Positions 35,101 through 46,482 of a stretch of DNA of 64,000 nucleotides are shown piece by piece. The DNA lies in the NCBI RefSeq assembly GCF_028641065.1, contig NW_026576641.1:434001-498000 (forward strand), written 5' to 3'. Origin of the DNA: Leucoraja erinacea. Taxonomy: Eukaryota. The position numbers and the translations under genes were made by a program. The notes under the pieces were generated by a model, which worked only from the letters and a program-made list of their open reading frames with translations, did no database searches and had not been told where the DNA came from. Each line of letters starts with the position of its first letter. Position 1 is the stretch's first letter.

Positions 35101-35769
35101 AATCCCCAAACAGTACCCCATTCCTGCCTTCTCCCCATATCCCCTGACTCCGCTATAAGAGCCTTATCTAGCTCTCTCTTGAAAGTATCCAGAGAACCGG
35201 CCTCCACCGCCCTCTGAGGCAGAGAATTCCACAGGCTCACAACTCTCTGGGTTAAAAAGTGTTTCCTCATCTCTGTTCTAAATGGCTTACCCCTTATTCT
35301 TAAACTGTGTGTGTGGGCCCTGGTTCTGGACTGCCACTAGTGGAAACATCCTCTCCACATCCACTCTATCCAGGCCTTTCATTATTCTGCACGTTTCAAT
35401 GAGGGATCCCACTCATCCTTCTAAACTCCAGCGAGTACAGACCCAGTGCCGACAAACGCTCATCATAGGTTAGCCCACTCATGCCTGGGATCATTCGTGT
35501 AAACCTCCTCTGGACCCTCTCCAGAGCCAGCACATCCTTCCTCAGATACGGGGCCTAAAATTGCACACAGTATTCCAAATGTGGTCTTATCAGCGCCTTG
35601 TAGAGCCTCAGCATTACATCTCTGTTTTTGTATACAAGCCCTCGTGAAATAAATGCTAGCATTGAGTTATTGGTACATTACTACCGATTTCGACTTGCAG
35701 ATTAATGGGACTGTCCCACTTGGCGAGAGAGAGAGCATGAAGAAGGATAGAAAGAGAGAATGAAGGGTG

Positions 35770-35770
35770 A

Positions 35771-35835
<65 letters not shown>

Positions 35836-36190
35836 GGATGGAGAGATAGAGTGGAGGNNNNNNNNNNNNNNNNNNNNNNNNNNNNNNNNNNNNNNNNNNN
35901 NNNNNNNNNNNNNNNNNNNNNNNNNNNNNNNNNNNNNNNNNNNNNNNNNNNNNNNNNNNNNNNNNNNNNNNNNNNNNNNNNNNNNNNNNNNNNNNNNNNN
36001 NNNNNNNNNNNNNNNNNNNNNNNNNNNNNNNNNNNNNNNNNNNNNNNNNNNNNNNNNNNNNNNNNNTGGAGGGAGGGAGAGAGAGTGAGAATGGAGGGAG
36101 AGAGAGAATGGAGGGAGAGAGAGAGAGAGTGAGAATGGAGGGAGGGAGAGAGAGAATGGAGGGAGAGAGAGAGAGAGAGAGAGAGAATAT
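35770..36190. repeat. (GA)n microsatellite with assembly gap 35858-36066, upstream of gene 3
   Basis: gagaga runs flanking Ns. Confidence 0.95.
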
Positions 36191-36394
36191 GCAGGGAGAG
36201 CCCATCCTGCCCACTCTGCCCACCCAACCTGTCCAAGTCCTTCTGGAGGCCCCTGCTTTCTCTCCACTTTTCCTGCCCTTCCGACAATTTTCGCATCATC
36301 GGCAAACGTGGCCACAACGCCTTCAACCCCCTCGTCCGAATCGTTGGTCAATATGTTCCACTCTCTCACCGATTTCTTCACATCCCAGACATCG

Positions 36395-36422
36395 GGGAGT
36401 TTCCAGAGTCCGGCTTTAAATA
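36395..36422 (+). promoter_or_regulatory. Gene 3 core promoter: NF-kB site and TATA-like box
   Basis: GGGAGTTTCC at 36395-36404 (exact GGGRNNYYCC) and TTTAAATA at 36415-36422, 102 bp upstream of the ATG. Confidence 0.65.
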
Positions 36423-36516
36423 GGGCTTTGCACGGTCCCATACAATACTGAGCGTGAAGGACAGGTTGCAGCTCGCCGGCCGCGCTACACTGTGACTCCA
36501 CCTGGTTGCCGATATC

Positions 36517-36669
36517 ATGAGGAACCAGCGGCTGCTGCGGGAGGAGAGGCCGGCGGGAGGGGAGAGTGGCCCGGCTCAGGATGGCGGCGGTAGTCGGTGC
36601 CTCTGGACAGCTCTCTGCACCGGGGCCGTCCTGGGGCTGCTCGTCGTCACCGCATACCTGCTGCTCCAG
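36517..36669 (+). CDS. TNF-superfamily ligand gene 3, exon 1 (cytoplasmic tail and type II TM)
   Basis: atcATGA start. MRNQRLLREE...SRCLWTALCTGAVLGLLVVTAYLLLQ; CAG/GTGAGA donor, phase 0. Confidence 0.85.
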
Positions 36670-36814
36670 GTGAGAGGGGGTGAGGGTGTGAGGAGGTGAG
36701 GGGGAACTGCTTCATCCAGCCCCAGCTCCCACCCACCTACCTCTATCCACCTGTAGCTCCACTACTTTCCTCTCTCGCTCTCTTCTCCTCTCTCTGTGAA
36801 GTGAGTGAAATCCA

Positions 36815-37610
36815 GGTTAGTCGGAAAAACGGGAAAGCAGACTATTATCTAAACGGTGGCCGATTGGGAAAGGGGGAGATGCAGCGAGACCTGGGTGTCA
36901 TGGTACACCAGTCATTGAAGGTAGGCATGCAGGTGCAGCAGGCAGTAAAGAAAGCGAATGGCATGTTGGCTTTCATAGCAAGAGGATTTGAGTATAGGAG
37001 CAGGGAGGTTCCACTGCAGTTGTACAGGGTCTTGGTGAGACCACACCTGGAGTATTGCGTGCAGTTTTGGACTCCAAATCTGAGGAAGGACATTTTTGCC
37101 ATAGAGGGAGTGCAGAGAAGGTTCACCAGACTGATTCCTGGGATGTCAGGACTGTCTTATGAAGAAAGACTGGATAGACTTGGTTTATACTCTCTAGAAT
37201 TTAGGAGATTGAGAGGGGATCTTATAGAAACTTACAAAATTCTTAAGGGGTTGGACAGGCTAGATGCAGGAAGATGTTCCCGATGTTGGGGAAGTCCAGG
37301 ACAAGGGGTCACAGCTTAAGGATAAGGGGGAAATCCTTTAAAACCGAGATGAGGAGAACTTTTTTCACACAGAGAGTGGTGAATCTCTGGAACTCTCTGC
37401 CACAGAGGGTAGTCGAGGCCAGTTCATTGGCTATATTTAAGAGGGAGTTAGATGTGGCCCTTGTGGCTAAGGGGATCAGAGGGTATGGAGAGAAGGCAGG
37501 TATGGGATACTGAGTTGGATGATCAGCCATGATCATATTAAATGGCGGTGCAGGCTCGAAGGGCCGAATGGCCTACTCCTGCACCTAATTTCTATGTTTC
37601 TATGTTTCTC
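36815..37610 (+). mobile_element. CR1-type LINE 3' fragment in gene 3 intron 1
   Basis: RDLGVMVHQSLKVGMQVQQAVKKANGMLAFI...[11 protein letters not shown] through to the tail. Confidence 0.9.
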
Positions 37611-37975
37611 TCCCCCTATACTCTCTTCCTTCATTTCCCCCCTCTCTCGGATGACCAGCCATGATCACATTGAATGGCGACACTGTCTCGAAGGGCCGAA
37701 TGGCCTCCTCCTGCACCTATTGTCGAACAATGATCTCTTCTACATTTTCCTTGATCTCCACCCCCTTTGTCTTGTTTTCACACCTTAAACCTCCTTATCT
37801 CTGCATCTCCCTCTCCCCTGACTCAGTCTGAAGGAGGGTCACCCATTCCTTCTGCCCATAGATGCTGCCTGTCCCGCTGAGTTACTCCAGCGTTTTGTGC
37901 CTATATTCGGTTTAAACCAGCATCTGCAGTTCCTTCCTACACACATTTGAGGCTGTTTTTCTTTCTTATCTCCAG

Positions 37976-38033
37976 AAATTCAGTTTGCTGGATGGGAATG
38001 CGGAAGTTGGTTATGTGGAAGGAGCCAGTGCTG
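37976..38033 (+). CDS. Gene 3, exon 2 (58 nt)
   Basis: ctttcttatctccag acceptor, KFSLLDGNAEVGYVEGASA+G, GTGAGT donor; phase 0 to 1. Confidence 0.8.
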
Positions 38034-38155
38034 GTGAGTACCCTGCCCCTCAGCCTGTCTGTATCCTCCCCTCCCCCGCGGGCAGCTTTAATACCCTCTT
38101 GTGGCATTGCCATTCCATTTGGGATAGGACTCAGAGTCTACCTGCTCTGTTTCAG

Positions 38156-38218
38156 GCCCGCCCAGACTAATGAACATGGTCGGCCGAGCACCACAGAGGG
38201 TCGCCGTGCATCTCACAG
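38156..38218 (+). CDS. Gene 3, exon 3 (63 nt)
   Basis: ctctgtttcag acceptor, (G)PPRLMNMVGRAPQRVAVHLT+G, GTAAGT donor; clearly homologous to gene 2 exon 3. Confidence 0.9.
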
Positions 38219-38983
38219 GTAAGTGGCTGACAACAGACAATAGGTGCAGGAGTAGGCCATTCTGCCTCAATAGCAAGAATGGCCTTCCTCAAATTGGGGG
38301 ATCAAAACTGCACACAATACTCCAGGTGAGGTCTCAATCTTGGCATCGTGTGCAGCACAGGAATGGGCCCTTCGGCCCACAATGTTGGCGCCGAACAGGA
38401 TGCCAAGATCAGATTCAGATTCAGATTCAGATTCAATTTTAATTGTCGTTGTCAGTGTACAGTACAGAGACAACGAAATGCATTTAGCATCTGATCTCAT
38501 CAGCCTGTGCATGATCCATATCCCTCTATTCCCCTCACTTCCATGTACCTGTCCAAGAGCCTCGACTGCCACTATTGCATCTGCCTCCACCACCACCACC
38601 TCTGACAGTGCATTCCAGACACCCACCACTCTCCCTGTGAAAAAAAAACGTGTCCTAAACGCCCACAGTAAACTTTCCCCATCTCAGCACATAGTTAGTT
38701 ACGCCCTCTACTGTTGGACGTTTGCACCCTCAGATTGCAGTGTATGTATTTCTCAAAATCTCCCTTTGGGGCCAGTGCAGGGCTTCTCAAATACCCAGCA
38801 GAGCTGCTGCCTCCCATCCCCGGGGGCCTGGGTTCGATCCCGATCTCGGGTACTGCCTGTGTGGAACTCACGATTCAAGTTTCAAGAGAGTTTATTATCA
38901 TGTGTCCCAGATAGGACAATGAAATTCCTGCTTTGCTTCAGCACAACAGAATATTGTAGGCATGAACACAGAACAGATCAGTG

Positions 38984-39200
38984 NNNNNNNNNNNNNNNNN
39001 NNNNNNNNNNNNNNNNNNNNNNNNNNNNNNNNNNNNNNNNNNNNNNNNNNNNNNNNNNNNNNNNNNNNNNNNNNNNNNNNNNNNNNNNNNNNNNNNNNNN
39101 NNNNNNNNNNNNNNNNNNNNNNNNNNNNNNNNNNNNNNNNNNNNNNNNNNNNNNNNNNNNNNNNNNNNNNNNNNNNNNNNNNNNNNNNNNNNNNNNNNNN
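38984..39200. other. Assembly gap in gene 3 intron 3
   Basis: Run of N. Confidence 0.99.
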
Positions 39201-40903
39201 GAAGAAAGACTGGATAGACTCGGCTTGTACTCGCTAGAATTTAGAAGATTGAGGGGGGATCTAATAGAAACTTACAAAATTCTTAAGGGGTTGGGCAGGC
39301 TAGATGCAGGAAGATTGTTCCCGATGTTGGGGAAGTCCAGAACAAGGGGTCACATTTTAAGGATAAGGGGGAAGTCTTTTAGGACCGTGATGAGAAAATA
39401 TTTTTTTACGCAGAGAGCGGTGAATCTGTGGAATTCTCTGCCACAGTAGGTAGTTGAGGCCACAGTTCATTGGCTATATTTAAGAGGGAGTTAGATGTGG
39501 CCCTTGTGGCTAAAGGGATCAGGGGGTATGGAGAGAAGGCAGGGATGGGATACTGAGTTGGATGATCAGCCATGATCATATTGAATGGCGGTGCAGGCTC
39601 GAAGGGCCGAATGGCCTACTCATGCACCTATTTTCTATGTTTCTATGTTTCTATGAAACGTCACCTATTCCTTTTCCCCAGCGATGCTGCCTGTCCCATT
39701 GAGTGACTCCAGCTTTTTGTGTCTATCTATGTTTCTATGTTTCTAGATATTGATATATATATATATATATATATAGATAAAGTGCAAAGGGGTATTAATG
39801 ATCAGAGTTTTGTTTGAGTTGAGTGTTTAATAGACTGGTGGCTGTGGGGAAGCAGCTATTCCTGAACCTGGATGTTGTAGATTTCAGGCTCCTGTACCTT
39901 CTACCTGAAGGTAGTGGGGAGATGAATGAGTGGCCAGGATGGTGTGGGTCCCTGATGACGCTGCCAGCCTTTTTGAGGCAGCGACGTTTTTCGAACATGC
40001 GAGTTCTCACCGTGACGGCGTGGGTTTCCCCCAGGCGAGGTTTCCTCCAGCGTCCAAAGGCGTGACGGGTGGTCGGGTGTTTGCTTGCTGCTTGTAGCCC
40101 TGACGTAGGAAATGGATAAGAATGTGTGATGACCCAGAACCAGTGGAACGCTCCACATCCTCCCTGTGACGGGTCAACCAGAACAGCCCGCAGCACTGCA
40201 AATACAGCCTGACCAACATATGACACAGCTGCATCGTGTCATCCTGACTTATACGCAATGCTCCAACTGTTGAAGGCAACCAAAAAATACACCATCTTCA
40301 CTGCTCTATCTATTTGTGTTACCACTTGCAGGGAGCAGTGGACAAGGACTCCGAGATCTCTCTTTACATCAATGCTGTTAAGGGCCATAATAACATAGAA
40401 ACATAGACAATAGGTGCAGGAGTAGAGGCCATTCGGCGCTTCTAGCCTGCAACGTCATTCAATATGATCATGGCTGATCATCCAACTCAGTATCCCATCC
40501 CTGCCTTCTCTCCATACCCCCTGATCCCTTTAGCCACAAGGGCCACATCTAACTCCCTCCTAAATATAGCCAATGAACTGGCCTCAACTACCTTCTGTGG
40601 CAGAGAATTCCACAGATTCACCACTCTCAGTTATAAAAAATGTTTTCCTCATCTCGGTCCTAAAAGATTTCCCCCTTATCCTTAAACTGTGACCCCTTGT
40701 TCTGGACTTCCCCAACATCGGGAACAATCTTCCTGCATCTAGCCTGTCCAACCCCTTAAGAATTTTGTAAGTTTCTATAAGATCCCCTCTCAATCTTCTA
40801 TTGCCATTAACTGTGTATTTCCCCCTTACACTTGACATCCCAAAATACAACCCATCACACATAATAGACAATAGACACTGAAAGTTATTTCTCTTTTATT
40901 GAA

Positions 40904-41560
40904 GGGATATGGGGAGAAGGCAGGAACGGGGTACTGATTGTGGATGATCAGCCATGATCACATTGAATGGCGGTGCTGGCTGGAAGGGCTGAATGGCCTA
41001 CTCCTGCACCTATTGTCTATGTTTCTGTGACTCCACCCAGGAGAAACATCACCTTCACTCCTCTGAAAGATTTTTCAGTTTTATTGAAGTAATCCCTTAT
41101 TCTCCCGGACTCCGGAGTATAGAACTGGTAATGTCCAAGTCTCTGTCTGGGCAAATTCTTCTGTAACATGCAAACTCTGCACAGACAGCACGGGAGGTGG
41201 GGATGGAACCTGGGTCTCTGGCGCAGTGAGACAGCAGCTCTACCCGCTGCCCTCCTCTGCCGCCCCTCAATGAGGTTGTTTGAAAACTTACAGAGATGCT
41301 TCTTTAAAACACAAATACTCTGCAATAGGCAATGGACAATCGACAATAGGTGCAGGAGGAGGCCATTCGACCCTTCGAGCCAGCACCGCCATTCAATGTG
41401 ATCATGGCTGATCATCCACAATCAGTACCCCGTTCCTGCCTTCTCCCCATATCCCCTGACTCCGCTATCTTTAAGAGCCCTATCTAACTCTCTCTTGAAA
41501 GTATCCAGAGAACCGGCCTCCACCGCCCTCTGAGGCAGAGAATTCCACAGACTCGCCACT
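40904..41560 (+). repeat. Locally duplicated block, copy 1 (copy 2 at about 52877-53533)
   Basis: Core gtttctgtgactccacccaggagaaacatcacc...ctctgcaataggc occurs at 41021 and 52994 with the same CR1 junctions on both sides. Confidence 0.9.
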
Positions 41561-43189
41561 CTCTGTGTGATCATGTGCAGACAGATGAGATGAGTTCAAC
41601 CTGTCCCGAATAAACTCCACCTGCCGTTTCTCTGCCCAACCCTGCACCTCATCTACATCCTGCTGTCCACATTGACGGCCTTCTCCGCAGGCCGCAACTC
41701 CAGCAATCTTGGGCCCATCTGCAAACTTACGAACCAACACGTCCATGCTGATGTCCAAGTCTTGTATGTCTAATCACTCACAACAGAGGCCCTCAAGTCC
41801 TGGCAACATCCTTGTAAATCTGAAGGAGGGTTTCGTCCCGAAACGTTGCCTATTTCCTTCGCTCCATAGATGCTGCTGCACCCGCTGAGTTTCTCCAGCT
41901 TTTTTGTCTACCTTCGAGTTTCCAGCATCTGCAGTTCCTTCTGAAACATCCTTGTAAATCTTCCCTGCACCTTTTCGTGCTTATGCTAGTCGGAGTTTTT
42001 TAAAATATTTTATTTATTTATTTGTTTGTTTATTTATTTATTTTAAAATATTTTATTTTATTAGAAGTAAGTACAATCATATGGCACCAAAGTGCCTAAT
42101 ATATATTTTCATAATACATTTTATGTACAGCTTCTTATTTATTTATTTTTTTGTTATAATAAAGAAAAATAAGAATAAGAAAAATAAATTAGGTAGTAAA
42201 GGATAAAATGAAGGGATATGGGGGAAAAATATACGTGAGATATATAGTGTGTGAAGAAAAAGAAACGAGACCAATGAGTGAAGAAAGTTGAAGGAAAGAA
42301 AATAGGAAAAAGAGAATAAAACATAAAAAAAAGAAGTAAGGAAATCATTGCTTATCATCTTGCCCATCCTTCGTCCAGTCCTGAAACAGTTAGCTTTTAC
42401 AATTGTGTTGCACAGAGTTGGAATTTTGTTAACTCAAAGTTCGAGCAAGTGGTAGTGAAACACAGAAACATAGAAAAATAGTTCCAGGAGTAGGCCATTC
42501 GGCCCTTCAACCCAGCACCGCCATTCAATATGATCATGGCTGATCATCTAAAATCAGTACCCCGTTCCTGCTTTTTTCCCCCATATCCCTTGATTCCTTT
42601 AGCCCCAAGAGCTAAGTCTAACTCTCTCTTGAAAACATCCAGTGAATTGGCCTCCACTGCCTTCTGTGGCAGAGAATTCCACAGATTCACAACTCTGTGG
42701 AACAACAACCAGGTTCAGGAATAGCTACTTCCCCACAACCATCAGGCTATTAAACCTGGCTCGGACAAAACTCTGATTATTAATAACCACTTTCTGTTAT
42801 TTGCACTTTTCCAGTTTATTTATTCATGTGTGTATATATTTATATCATGGTATATGGACACATTTATCTGTTTTGTAGTAAATGCCTACTATTTTCTGTG
42901 TGCTTAAGCAAAGCAAGAATTTCATTGTCCTATACAGGGACACATGACAATAAACTCACTTGAACTTGAACTGTGGGTGAAAACGTTTTTCCTCATTGCA
43001 GTCCTAAATGGCCTAGCACTTATTCTTAAACTGCGACCCCTGGTTCTGGACTCCCCCTAAATCGGGAATATTTTTCCTGCTTCTAGCCTGTACAATCCTT
43101 TAAGAATTGTATATGTTTCTATAAGATCTCCTCTCAAGAGTACGTGGGAAGAGTGGCAAGATGCTGTTCCTCTCAACATCCCAAAATGC

Positions 43190-43678
43190 GTGGGTTTACA
43201 AGGTTAATTCCCGGGATGGCGGGACTGTGATATGCTGTTAGAATGGAGCGGCTGGGCTTGTACACTCTGAAGTTGAGAAAGATGAGAGGGGATCTCATTG
43301 AAACATATAAGATTATTAAGGGTTTGGACACGCTAGAGGCAGGAAACATGTTCCTGATGTTGGGGGAGTCCAGAACCAGGGGCCACACACAGTTTAAGAA
43401 TAAGGGGTAAGCCATTTAGAACGGAGACGAGGAAACACTTTTTCTCACAGAGAGTTGTGAGTCGGTGGAATTCTCTGCCTCAGAGGGCAGTGGAGGCCGG
43501 TTCTCTGGATACTTTCAAGGAAGAGCTAGATGGGGCTCTTAAAGCTAGCGGAGTCAGGGGATATGAGGAGAAGGCAGGAACGGGGTACAGATTGTGGATG
43601 ATCAGCAATGATCACAGTGAATGGCGGTGTGGGCTCGAAGGGCCGAATGGCCTCCTCCTGCACCTGTTGTCTATTGTC
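43190..43678 (+). mobile_element. CR1-type LINE 3' fragment ending about 40 bp before gene 3 exon 4
   Basis: CR1 ORF2 end and tail cacctgttgtctattgtc. Confidence 0.85.
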
Positions 43679-43719
43679 ACCTCTGATTCTTCTCCTCTTC
43701 CCCCTTCCCAAATCTCCAG

Positions 43720-44150
43720 CCATCCCAAATGCCCACAGAAGGATGAGGATATCCTGGAGGAAGCAAGGAGGAGCGCTGACAGGGGGAGTGGATCTTCGGG
43801 ACAACGCTCTGGTCATCAGCATCCCTGGCCTTTACTTTGTCTACACCCAGGTGACTTTCTACAACAGTAGCTGCCCGGACAATCTCGCCTTCCTCAGCCA
43901 CAACCTCCAGAAGCTATCGACGTCCTACAGAGGCAGACAGACCCTGCTCAGCTCAATGGCGTCCACCTGCCGAGGCAACAACCACTCGGACACCTGGTTC
44001 GAGTCCTCCTACCATGGTGCAGCCTTCAAGTTGGCCAAAGGGGACCAGCTCTTCTCCGTGGTCAGCCCTGGTGCCATGGCCTATGTCAACAGCGATGCGG
44101 AGAAGACTTATTTTGGGCTGTTTGCTCTATCAAGAAGCCCTCCTACTTAA
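43720..44150 (+). CDS. Gene 3, exon 4 (THD); spliced CDS 705 nt, 234 aa, TNF/lymphotoxin-alpha-like
   Basis: Pyrimidine tract and ctccag acceptor, phase 1. (A)IPNAHRRMRISW...GVDLRDNALVISIPGLYFVYTQVTF...C...C...SYHGAAFKLAKGDQL...KTYFGLFALSRSPPT*. Exon lengths 153+58+63+431 give an intact frame. Confidence 0.95.
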
Positions 44151-44789
44151 AACCTCAATGGTGGATGAGGAGTGAGAAAGACAAGGGGTGTGCAGAGTAA
44201 CAAAATGGGGGGGGAGAAGTGGGATGGAGGGGCGTAGCTCCATCAGTCAACGCAGGTAGATTGTGCCATTAGTCATTAGTACGTCACATGTACCGAGGTA
44301 CAGGGAAAAGCTTTTGTTGCAGCCTTTCCAGGCAGCGGAAAGACAATACATGATGCCACAGTGTACAGATATATGATAAAGGGAATATCGTGAATGAAAT
44401 TTAGTGCAAGGTAAAGTCAGTAAAGTCCAATCAAAGTTACTCCAGCTACTTGTGTCTATCTTTGATTTAAACCAGCATCTGCAGTTCCTCCTCACACAAA
44501 ATCCAATCGAATATTGTCCAAGAGTCTCCAATGATATAGATATTAGCTCAGGGCTGCTCTCAGGCTGTTGGTAGGATAGTACACGGCATGCTTGCCTTCA
44601 TTGGTCAGGGCATCAAATACCTGGGAGTCCACATCACAGAGGATCTGACATGGACAACACACACTGCCGCACTGGTGAGTAAGGCAAGGCAGCGCCTTTA
44701 CCACCCCAGGCAGCTGAGGGAATTCAGAGTCTCTCTGTGGATCCTTCAGTGCTTCTACTTTGGGGCTGTAGAAAGCATCTTGTCAGCTT

Positions 44790-45296
44790 CCTAATTTGAG
44801 GAAGGACATTCTTGCTATTGAGGGAGTGCAGCGCAGGTTTACAAGGTTAATTCCCGGGTTGGCGGGACTGTCATATGCTGAGAGAATGGAGCAGCTGGGC
44901 TTGTACACTCTGGAGTTTAGAAGGATGAGAGGTGATCTCATTGAAAAGTACAAGACTGTTAAGGGTTTGGACACACTAGAGGCAGGAAACATGTTCCCGA
45001 TGTTGGGGGTGTCCAGAACCAGGGGCCACAGTTTAAGAATAAGGAGTAAGCCATTTAGAACGGAGACGAGGAAACACTTTTTCTCACAGAGAGTGGTGAG
45101 TCTATGGAAATCTCTGCCTCAGGAGGCAGGTTCTCTGGATGCTTTCAAGAGGGAGCTAGATAGGGCTCTTAAAAATAGCAGAGTCAGGGGATATGGGGAG
45201 AAGGCAGGAATGGGGTACTGATTGTGGATGATCAGCCAAGATCACGGTGCTGGCTCGAAGGGCCGAATGGCCTACTCCTGCACCTATTGTCTATTG
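44790..45296 (+). mobile_element. CR1-type LINE 3' fragment
   Basis: ORF 44796..45221 is the CR1 ORF2 C-terminus. Confidence 0.88.
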
Positions 45297-46070
45297 ACCA
45301 TCATGCTACTCAGAGGCTGGTTATTTTCTTTATTCCACAGATTTTGAAAATCTCATCGATCCCAACATTCTCTCATCAACACCTACCACGTATATATGAA
45401 AAGTCATAGAGCTATATAGTGTGGAAACAGGCCCTTTGGCCCAACTTAGCCATGCTGGCCAGTATGCCTCATCTACAGTAGTCTCACCTGCTTGCATTTG
45501 GCCTATATCCATCTAATTGTCTATTGTCTATAAACCGATCCTATCCATGTAACTGTCCAAATGTTTTTCAAATGCTGTGACTGTACCTTTCTCAACCACC
45601 TTCTCTGGCTACTCAGCCCAAAAAACCTCTCACCTTTTGGGTAAAAAAAGTTCCCCTTCAGGTTCCTGTTAAATTGATCCCCCTCACGTTAAGCCTATGT
45701 CCTGTGGTTCTTGATTGCCCCACTCCAGGGACATGCGGTCAGGGTGGGTGGGCGGAGCCTCACCTGTCATACGCCAATGAAAATAGTTGTTATGAAAAAT
45801 AAAGACAAATAATAATAAAATGAATATCAAGATTTTTGCACTGATCTGTGTTCTAAATGTCATTTCAGTCATTTTTTAGAGTCAAAATCGTCAAATTTGC
45901 ACAGCTCCACTGCAAATACAGGGAGAGGTGGGAGGTGAGGCAGCGACAAGCTGAGCCTCCCCTCTGATTGCGCAACCCGTCAGAAACTGTATGGAGCGCG
46001 GGCAGCAAGTGTGTGCCTGTTACTATCTCTCTGTATGTCACCAATGTAATGTTTGTAGACCCCTTCATTA

Positions 46071-46482
46071 AGGGCCTGTCTCACGAGCATGCGACTCCAT
46101 GCGGCTAGCACGACCTAACATGGTCGCTTGAGCCGTACGGCCTCGCGGGGCCGGTCCCACTTCGATCGCCGAAGCCGTATGGAGTTGTGCGGAGCTGGTC
46201 CCGACACCGCGCGGGCGGGGCGCCGAAAAACTGACCGTGTTCAAAAATTCCGCGCGGCAACAGCCTGCCGGCCCGCAGTTGCCTCAAAGTCGTACACAGC
46301 GCCTCGACGGGCGTGTGCAACGTCTTGATGCCGTACGCAGCATCTCGACACCGTACATCACACGCAAACTTCCCGCGGACTTCGCTCGAACTTCACATCA
46401 CTCACACGACCTCCGCGCGGTCCCAGCTTCCAGTTTGGTCGCACCTGCCGCTTGCAGGTCGCATGCATGTGGGACAGGCCCT
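46071..46482. mobile_element. PIF/Harbinger-like MITE, intact, CpG-rich
   Basis: TIRs AGGGCCTGTCTCACGAGCATGCGAC and GTCGCATGCATGTGGGACAGGCCCT, with TTA target duplication on both sides (46068-46070, 46483-46485). Confidence 0.88.

Noticed and set aside
41017-41421. Duplicated minus-strand ORF (also 52990-53424) as a small gene family
   Set aside because: Built from CR1 tail, SINE piece and filler; no recognisable domain, and the similarity is explained by DNA duplication.
42000-42065. (ATTT)n cluster as a TNF AU-rich element
   Set aside because: Lies in gene 3 intron 3 and looks like the A-rich tail of an antisense retroelement 3' end.
25550-44150. Assigning gene symbols TNF, LTA or LTB
   Set aside because: Motifs are mosaic and orthology cannot be settled without a phylogeny and synteny, so symbols are left blank.
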